NCBI GenBank assembly: GCA_018650165.1 | Contig: JABIGM010000017.1 | Location: forward strand, 1-55,660 | Source of the DNA: Methanobacteriota archaeon | Lineage (GTDB): Archaea; Thermoplasmatota; Poseidoniia; Poseidoniales; Poseidoniaceae | Direction: 5' to 3' | Length of the DNA stretch: 55,660 nucleotides | Part shown: positions 49,139-55,660 of the stretch, in pieces | Position numbering within the stretch: the first letter of the stretch is position 1 | How the letters are laid out: every line of letters begins with the position of its first letter | Program-made: the position numbers and the translations under genes | Notes under the pieces: model-generated | The model's database searches: none | The model's input: the letters and a program-made list of their open reading frames with translations, nothing else | What the model was told of the DNA's origin: nothing

Positions 49139-51226
49139 TCACCTTGAGAGACTAGGCAAGAATGCATTTGCAGCCTTCTCGCAAGCATTAGCAACATCAT
49201 CCAACCGTTGCAATACGCGGTACATGTGCATGGCAGCTAGAGCATCATCGTCTCCAGTGGTGAATACATGCGCTGCAGCCTTTGCTTCAATCTCATCCGC
49301 TTCATGCTCCTTTAAATTGACTTCTCTGACGCACTCAAGGAGTACTTTCTTCTCTTTGTTAGTAAATCCAGATCGTGATAATTCTTTCAATGAATCAACA
49401 GCCTTTTCGTAACTAGAAACAGTTTCTACAACAGCAGTAGCCATTTCTTTCAGGTTCGTTCGAGCCTTTTTGCCATTGAACAATTCTCTAAATGACAATT
49501 GTTCAGCTACATTTTGGGCATAATCTGCAATTCTATCCTGCCGTGATAGCATGTGCAAGAATGTATCTCTGCCAATTGCGAACCTGATTCCAGTACCAAT
49601 TTCACCCTGTATTTCGGATTTGATGATATCGGCTTCTAATTCTGCAGCAATAGTGGCTTTGATGAATTTACTCGGATCTTTGCCATTTGCTGCTGCATTG
49701 ATTGCTTCATTCATATTCTCAACTGTTTTCTGTACTGATTTAGCATGCTCATGGAATTTATCGAATGATTGCGAAGTGATTACTGATTCAATAGATTCAT
49801 CTTCCACAGTTTCAGTTCTAATCATTACAAATACGGTGACAATTATTGAGAGCAATACGACAATTGCTACATTGGTTGGAGTTCCAGCAAACAAAATGTA
49901 GAACATTACTGCTCCAAATCCTGCAACGGGTAAACTAGCAACCCAACTGGCTGCAATTTTCCCGAACACTCTGAAATCAACTGCTGCGGCACCACCGGCT
50001 AGACCGACTCCAACTACTGCACCGACCAGGGTGTGTGTTGTCGATATCGGCACAGCCAGGAATGGCATCGAGAATATTAGTACGGTTGTTGCAGCTCCAA
50101 ATTCTGCTGCAAAGCCACGCGATGGTGTGATGTGGGTAATTTTTGTTCCGATAGTGTCCATTACCTTGTAGCCCCAAGTAGCCACACCGACTGTAATTCC
50201 TGCACCTCCAATTAGAAGTAGCCAAATGGGAACATCGACCTTGTCAGGAGATAATATTCCAGTGGAAGAAGAAGCGATGTCGTATATTGCAGCCATTGGG
50301 CCTATTGCATTTGCAACATCATTCGCACCATGGGCGAATGCAACATAACATGCAGTGATTATTTGTAGCCAGATGAATACCCTTTCAACACCTTCATAGC
50401 CTTCTTCTTTGAATTTATATCGCTTTAGGACATACCATAAAATGGAACTAGCAATCATACCAATAAACAATGCCATCAGGAAACTGTTTAGAGGTATCCA
50501 GGCGCCCTCTGCAAGGGGATTGAATGTATTGCAACTATACTTTCCAGGGTCACATGGCAACCATTCTTCTTTGTTGATATATCCACTATTATCCAAATTT
50601 TTGTAGAAACCTTTCAAGCCTTTGAATTGTAATGCTAGGCCTAAAACAAAGAATGTAGGCAATGCAAGAAGTGGTGCAATACTTCTTGTCCTTTCTAGAG
50701 GCTTTTCATGATCGAAAATAACCTTCTTGATAATGCGGAACGAAACGAATGCCAATATTGCACCTAGGAGTGGAGATGCAACCCAACTGATTACAATTTC
50801 AGCAACCTTGCCCCAGTTAACAGAGTCCGGCTGGATAAAGAGCCCCATCCCGATAACTCCTCCAACAATACTGTGGGTTGTCGATACTGGCAATCCATAC
50901 TTTGTAGCAATAGTCAACCATATTGCTGCAGCTAGAAGGGCAGCCATAAATCCATACATCAGTTTTTGACTTAATTCTCTGGAGAAGCCATCATCTCCAA
51001 AATCAAGAACACCTTTGCGGATGGTGTCGGTAACATGGCTACCAAAGAATACAGCACCACAGAACTCGAATACCGCAGCCACAATGATTGCTCTTCTCAA
51101 AGTCAGAGCACCACTGCCAACGCTAGTCCCCATTGCATTCGCAACATCATTTGCTCCGATGTTCCATGCCATATACACACAAACAGCAAATCCAGCAGTC
51201 AGTAGGATTACAGTTGCAGGTTCCAT
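49139..51226 (-). CDS. pitA: PiT-family phosphate transporter fused to DUF47/PhoU-like domain
   Basis: GANDVANAMGTSVGS and HGANDVANAIGP, PVSTTH repeats; C-terminal ELEADII...QDRIAD...EHEADE...LDDVANACE. Confidence 0.92.
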   Translation of the reverse strand: MEPATVILLTAGFAVCVYMAWNIGANDVANAMGTSVGSGALTLRRAIIVAAVFEFCGAVFFGSHVTDTIRKGVLDFGDDGFSRELSQKLMYGFMAALLAAAIWLTIATKYGLPVSTTHSIVGGVIGMGLFIQPDSVNWGKVAEIVISWVASPLLGAILAFVSFRIIKKVIFDHEKPLERTRSIAPLLALPTFFVLGLALQFKGLKGFYKNLDNSGYINKEEWLPCDPGKYSCNTFNPLAEGAWIPLNSFLMALFIGMIASSILWYVLKRYKFKEEGYEGVERVFIWLQIITACYVAFAHGANDVANAIGPMAAIYDIASSSTGILSPDKVDVPIWLLLIGGAGITVGVATWGYKVMDTIGTKITHITPSRGFAAEFGAATTVLIFSMPFLAVPISTTHTLVGAVVGVGLAGGAAAVDFRVFGKIAASWVASLPVAGFGAVMFYILFAGTPTNVAIVVLLSIIVTVFVMIRTETVEDESIESVITSQSFDKFHEHAKSVQKTVENMNEAINAAANGKDPSKFIKATIAAELEADIIKSEIQGEIGTGIRFAIGRDTFLHMLSRQDRIADYAQNVAEQLSFRELFNGKKARTNLKEMATAVVETVSSYEKAVDSLKELSRSGFTNKEKKVLLECVREVNLKEHEADEIEAKAAAHVFTTGDDDALAAMHMYRVLQRLDDVANACEKAANAFLPSLSR

Positions 51227-51300
51227 TAGTATTCTCTACACAAAGAAGGTATATCACCTGTAGCCCCAGTAATCTATATAGAAGTAAATATTAGGTTAGA

Positions 51301-52356
51301 GTGAGAGAGATGGCATACGGACCAGGCGACATGGATGTGCGCAAAGTGCAACTTACAGGAGGATCCACATATACTCTCAGCCTACCAAAACCTTGGATAG
51401 ACCAAATGTCCCTCAAGCCACGCGATGGCGTACGGGTTGATTGGAGACCGAGTGGGGCACTGCGTCTTACGCCCATAGACATGCTAGACCACCAAGAAAA
51501 GAGAGTTTCCATCGATGCAGGCAAATTGCCAAAAAATTCCCTGCACGATCATCTAATGGGTGCTTATCTTTCAGGAGTAGACACAATAAGAATCATTTTT
51601 CCACCTGGGCAAGAAAGAGTTTACAGAAGTCAAGTCCGTCGGTTTTTGAGAAATACGAGAGGATTTGAAACAATGAATGAATCTGATACAAGTACCGAAT
51701 TAATTTGTTTGATTAATTCAACTGAAATGCCATTGACCGCTAGTATAAACCGCATGTACTTACAATTGACATCTCTTGTAAAGGACATCGTGTCAGTCTT
51801 GGAAGGAGATGATATTGAACTTCTGAGTGATGCAGATGAAAGAGAAGCAGAAGTCGACGCTCTGCTATATTTGGTAGCGAGGCAAGTCTGTATTGCATTG
51901 GATTCACATTTAGTATCTACAGCTCTAAAAATCGGGCGTAACCAAGCAGTCGAATTTTCCAATTTAGCTCGTGCTTTGGAGCGAATGATGGACCATGCAC
52001 TACAAATGGCAGACTTGGTAAAGTCGGCAGACGAAGTGTCAATGGATGCGAATAAAGCACCAATGATACATCTATTTGTTTGGCAAAAATCCATCAAACA
52101 ACTGATGATAAACATCAGAACTAGGGACTCATATGAACTCGAAGAAGCGAGGCTTTCACTAAAAGACTCCCAAAATGAAATTACACTTTTCGAAGAACAA
52201 TTTGTACAAGAAAGGAAACTGACAAAAGCAGATTTATTCAAATTCCGGATGTCTGAATCTATACGTCGATTATGTGCATATGCACGAGATTTCGGTGAAG
52301 TTCTTCTAAATATCAAACTTTATGATGAAATGATTGTCGATAGAAGTGACGATTAG
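51301..52356 (+). CDS. phoU: PhoU-family phosphate regulator with N-terminal AbrB-like domain
   Basis: RKVQLTGGSTYTLSLPKPW; PhoU repeats (EAEVDAL, LERMMDHA, SIRRLCAY); divergent from pitA. Confidence 0.88.
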   Translation: MREMAYGPGDMDVRKVQLTGGSTYTLSLPKPWIDQMSLKPRDGVRVDWRPSGALRLTPIDMLDHQEKRVSIDAGKLPKNSLHDHLMGAYLSGVDTIRIIFPPGQERVYRSQVRRFLRNTRGFETMNESDTSTELICLINSTEMPLTASINRMYLQLTSLVKDIVSVLEGDDIELLSDADEREAEVDALLYLVARQVCIALDSHLVSTALKIGRNQAVEFSNLARALERMMDHALQMADLVKSADEVSMDANKAPMIHLFVWQKSIKQLMINIRTRDSYELEEARLSLKDSQNEITLFEEQFVQERKLTKADLFKFRMSESIRRLCAYARDFGEVLLNIKLYDEMIVDRSDD

Positions 52357-52435
52357 TGTTATTTAAAACACTTAGTTTAGTAATTACATCCAAAAGCCAT
52401 TATAGGGGCGGTTCCAAAAGTAAACTGGGGATATA

Positions 52436-52576
52436 ATGGATCACGAACTAGAGACCTGGGTCGAAGAAGTAATGGAGAAACAACAATATCGAAATGGAAT
52501 ATTTCCAAGAAATGGAATACTAGGACGGCTGCGTAATAGATTCGATAATTCCGCTTTGCCATTCATAACCAAATAA
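52436..52576 (+). CDS. small hypothetical protein (46 aa)
   Basis: ORF MDHELETWVEEVMEKQQYRNGIFPRNGILGRLRNRFDNSALPFITK with SD GGGGA upstream; below the ORF-track cutoff. Confidence 0.4.
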   Translation: MDHELETWVEEVMEKQQYRNGIFPRNGILGRLRNRFDNSALPFITK

Positions 52577-52680
52577 GGGGCTGTCGCTGTAATTATTGTA
52601 TTTTAGTACGTCAAATTATCTAGCAATTGAAACAGCATTTGATATACCATAACTCGCTGATGCTGCTTAGTTGTGAGTGT

Positions 52681-53400
52681 ATGATTGAGGTCGAGGCACT
52701 GAACAAATCATTTGGCTCTGGATCAAATAAACTCCATGTGCTAAAAGGCATAGATATGGAAATGAAAAGAGGCGAATTAGTCGCTTTAATGGGGCCATCT
52801 GGTTGTGGCAAATCTACTCTATTGAACATAATAGGTGGTCTGTTACCTGCCGACTCTGGTGAAATTAGTTTGAATTCACGCAAGTATGGATTGAAAAATC
52901 CTTCTGCGGTTGTTGATGTACGCCGAACCCTTGTTGGATGGATATTCCAAGATTTTCATTTGCTTGACCATCTCTCTGCTTTGGACAATGTTGCTATGGC
53001 TTTGGAAATATCTGGCGTCTCATCAATAGAAGCTGAGAAAAGAGCTAGAGTGGCATTAGAGCGAGTAAACCTTAGCGATCGAATGGATCATATTCCAGAC
53101 CAACTTTCAGGTGGTCAACAACAACGTGTCGCAATAGCGCGTGCTATTGCTGGCAATCGGCCACTTCTATTGGCAGATGAGCCAACTGGAAATCTGGACA
53201 TAGCATCTGGTGCGGAAGTACTACAATTGTTCAAAGATTTATGCCATGATGAAGAAAATCCAATTTCTATTCTTATGGTTACCCACGACCCTGATTTGGC
53301 TAGTAAAGCAGACAGAATGCTATTGATGCGAGATGGATTAGTTGCTGCGAGCGATATACGTTCAGCATGGGGACTTGATACGGAAGGTGAAGAAGAATGA
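52681..53400 (+). CDS. ABC transporter ATP-binding protein (LolD/MacB type)
   Basis: GPSGCGKST, WIFQDF, LSGGQQQRVAIARA, LADEPTGNLD, MVTHD motifs. Confidence 0.95.
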   Translation: MIEVEALNKSFGSGSNKLHVLKGIDMEMKRGELVALMGPSGCGKSTLLNIIGGLLPADSGEISLNSRKYGLKNPSAVVDVRRTLVGWIFQDFHLLDHLSALDNVAMALEISGVSSIEAEKRARVALERVNLSDRMDHIPDQLSGGQQQRVAIARAIAGNRPLLLADEPTGNLDIASGAEVLQLFKDLCHDEENPISILMVTHDPDLASKADRMLLMRDGLVAASDIRSAWGLDTEGEEE

Positions 53401-55660
53401 GCCTTTCATCCAGATTTAGTACCATGCGTAGAGATGTGCCTCGCAAATTACGTGATTTGCCATCGAATCTGCGATTAGCAGCTATTGGTGCATGGCGTGG
53501 CCGTGAGCGTGGAATCGCTGTTTTCGCAGGAGTATTCCTCGCAAGTCTTGTAATCACTACTGTGCTTTCTTACGGGGTTGGACTTTCTCAGGTATTCTTT
53601 GAAAACTCACTTGAAAATGATGTATTTGATGCCAAAGTAGAATTCAATAAAGCGCCTTCTAATGACACTTCAGGCTGGACAAATGACACAGGAACTCTGA
53701 TAGAAACCTGTGACGAATTTACTGTGATGGATGAGTTTTCCGATTGTACAGTAGTCTTGGGAAAGAAAGGACTCCATAGTCAGTTTACTTTTGGAAATGA
53801 AGATGTGTACCTCGCTTTACCCTTAGCAATGGAAAGTGCGAACTCTACAGATCCCCTAAGAGATTGGGATACTGAAGGTATTTGGGATTATGAATATCGA
53901 AATGGCCCTCCTGTTTTCGATGGTCGGGCGATTACATTTCTCGGCCCCGGTGCCTTTGATGGGGTATTAGCAGATCGCCTTTCTGAAAATTTAATCGGCG
54001 AAGAGAGCATATGGGTCTCTCCCGAAGAAGTTGAAGCCCAAAGAGGCGTTTATATTCCTTCAGACGTTGCAAGTAAAGCAAATGCAGAAGTCGGTGATAT
54101 TCTTCGAACTCTGAATTTCTCATATACTTCTGAGTCTGCACTCCCTGGTTCTATGGACGAGGATGACTGTGAAGGAAAGATATATTCTTCTAGAGAAGGT
54201 GTTCTTCACTGTCAACAGGTTTTGATTGTAGAGAATTTGACAATTCTTGGAATCTATGCGCCCTGGGACCAAGGCAATCCTACTTTGTCTGCAAACCCAG
54301 TATATGCGACCCTTACGGTTCTCAATGAAACTCAAAAAGTAACATTAATTGATAATGATCATTTCTTCTTCGGACTTACACTAGACCGCTCGTTACTCCC
54401 TACAACTTCAACTGCAGATGCTACTGATTGGTTAGATGACCTTAGCAGAGATACAGAAGAGAAAACTTACAATGATGGGCAAATCGAAATTTACTATGTT
54501 GACATTGTTGGGTCAACAATTGTCTTCCTAGAAATTTTCCTTGGCTTGATTCAAGCCTTCGATTATGTGATTATGATACCAATCGTTGTACTTTCATTAT
54601 CGGTGTTGATTTACGGTCTAATATTATCATTAGAACAACGTAGACGTGAGATCTCAATACATAGGGTGATAGGGGCATCATCCAAGGATTTGCAAAGTAT
54701 GGTTCTCCTTGAATTAGCCGTTGTTTCATTCGTAGCATGGTTTGCAGGCTACTTGCTTGCAATGGCCGCAGTGCCAATAGTTCTGGCAAGTGTTGGTTTC
54801 ATGCAATTCGAAGCTCTTGGATTTAGTGTAAATCCTGCGTTAAGTCTCGGTGCAACGATATTTACAATTATTGCAACACTCGGTTTAGCTCTAATCTTTG
54901 GACGCTCAAGAGCACGTGATTTCATGGAATTAGAAATTGATGAAGGTGTAAGCCGAGTAAAGAAAGTTAGCAAACCAAAGGTTTGGCTACACTGGACATT
55001 ATTCTTGGTTGGATCCTTAGGTGCAATTGATACCTATTTGGAAATGAATGGAAGCGAAGATGGAATTCTTACCAATTGGTTTGTTGAAGGATTGATCAAC
55101 ATATTTGGCCCATTCATGCTTTGGATTGGTGGTGCGTTATTACTTGGAAGAATCGGAGCAGCCGGGCCTCGTATTATGCAATTCTTCTTCAGTAGAACCC
55201 CTCTCTTATCCGATGTTAAGCGTGGTCTCAAAGGCAGTGGTTCTACAGAATCGGTTAATCGCTTAGCAGTAATTATGTTGCTAACATTATCAATCGTTAC
55301 TCTCGCTGCAGTTCAAGGCTATACGGGAACTAATGTTGATGAGGTTACTTCTGATTTAGAAGTTGGTAGTGATTTACAGGTGGTCACATTAGAACCAGTC
55401 AACTCTACCCAAATCGAGGCACTCATTGAAGATTTAAGTCAGGAGGATGTAACTGTAAAAGCAGTCACTGTTCCTGAGATTTCTTTGATTCCCAACGATG
55501 GTGAAACATTGACGGCATATGTTCTATTAAATGACAGCGAAGATGTTCTGAAATGGTTCCCACAAGCCATACCTGGCGACGATGTTTCTGCTGCAATGGA
55601 TGCTTACCAAAGCGGCGGTTTTTCGGCCGGAACTGATGCTGCATATGCAATGGACCTGTG
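53397..55660 (+). CDS. FtsX/LolE-type ABC permease (3' partial)
   Basis: Read manually from ATGA overlap (MSLSSRFSTMRR...); TM1, large ectodomain, in-frame LEQRRREISIHRVIGAS; runs off the window. Confidence 0.88.
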   Translation, partial: MSLSSRFSTMRRDVPRKLRDLPSNLRLAAIGAWRGRERGIAVFAGVFLASLVITTVLSYGVGLSQVFFENSLENDVFDAKVEFNKAPSNDTSGWTNDTGTLIETCDEFTVMDEFSDCTVVLGKKGLHSQFTFGNEDVYLALPLAMESANSTDPLRDWDTEGIWDYEYRNGPPVFDGRAITFLGPGAFDGVLADRLSENLIGEESIWVSPEEVEAQRGVYIPSDVASKANAEVGDILRTLNFSYTSESALPGSMDEDDCEGKIYSSREGVLHCQQVLIVENLTILGIYAPWDQGNPTLSANPVYATLTVLNETQKVTLIDNDHFFFGLTLDRSLLPTTSTADATDWLDDLSRDTEEKTYNDGQIEIYYVDIVGSTIVFLEIFLGLIQAFDYVIMIPIVVLSLSVLIYGLILSLEQRRREISIHRVIGASSKDLQSMVLLELAVVSFVAWFAGYLLAMAAVPIVLASVGFMQFEALGFSVNPALSLGATIFTIIATLGLALIFGRSRARDFMELEIDEGVSRVKKVSKPKVWLHWTLFLVGSLGAIDTYLEMNGSEDGILTNWFVEGLINIFGPFMLWIGGALLLGRIGAAGPRIMQFFFSRTPLLSDVKRGLKGSGSTESVNRLAVIMLLTLSIVTLAAVQGYTGTNVDEVTSDLEVGSDLQVVTLEPVNSTQIEALIEDLSQEDVTVKAVTVPEISLIPNDGETLTAYVLLNDSEDVLKWFPQAIPGDDVSAAMDAYQSGGFSAGTDAAYAMDL

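Noticed and set aside
52377-52562. 61-aa minus-strand ORF
   Set aside because: No SD or recognisable family; the overlapping plus-strand 46-aa ORF has better signals, though neither is proven

Overview
Core chromosomal region of an archaeon. SD motifs GGTGA/GAGGTG, rpl15e, aIF1A-Rio1-Dim2, Taw1 and many large PKD/CARDB surface proteins suggest Marine Group II / Ca. Poseidoniales (inference). Contents: trmH, rpl15e, PRC-barrel, rnz; a 15 kb run of surface proteins including a subtilase; an 11-subunit-type complex I operon (nuoA-D,H,I,J1,J2,K-N, no nuoEFG) with several insertions; aIF1A-rio1-dim2; CARDB surface proteins; rps2, dus; a choline kinase-like gene; HTH regulators; a fadB-type fusion; GT4; taw1; a PiT-DUF47 fusion with phoU; and a LolD/FtsX-type ABC system running off the end. 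Best leads: (1) an unannotated box C/D sRNA (36876-36943, minus) whose guides predict 23S Cm1920 and pre-tRNA-Met Cm34; (2) a solo Cas4-like Fe-S nuclease with four inserted TM helices; (3) an SH3/Tudor-like insertion inside NuoI of a complex I lacking its NADH module; (4) a surface subtilase with a cytoplasmic RING-like finger. No CRISPR array, transposase, tRNA or rRNA gene was seen. All domain calls are by eye from motifs; no database searches were run.
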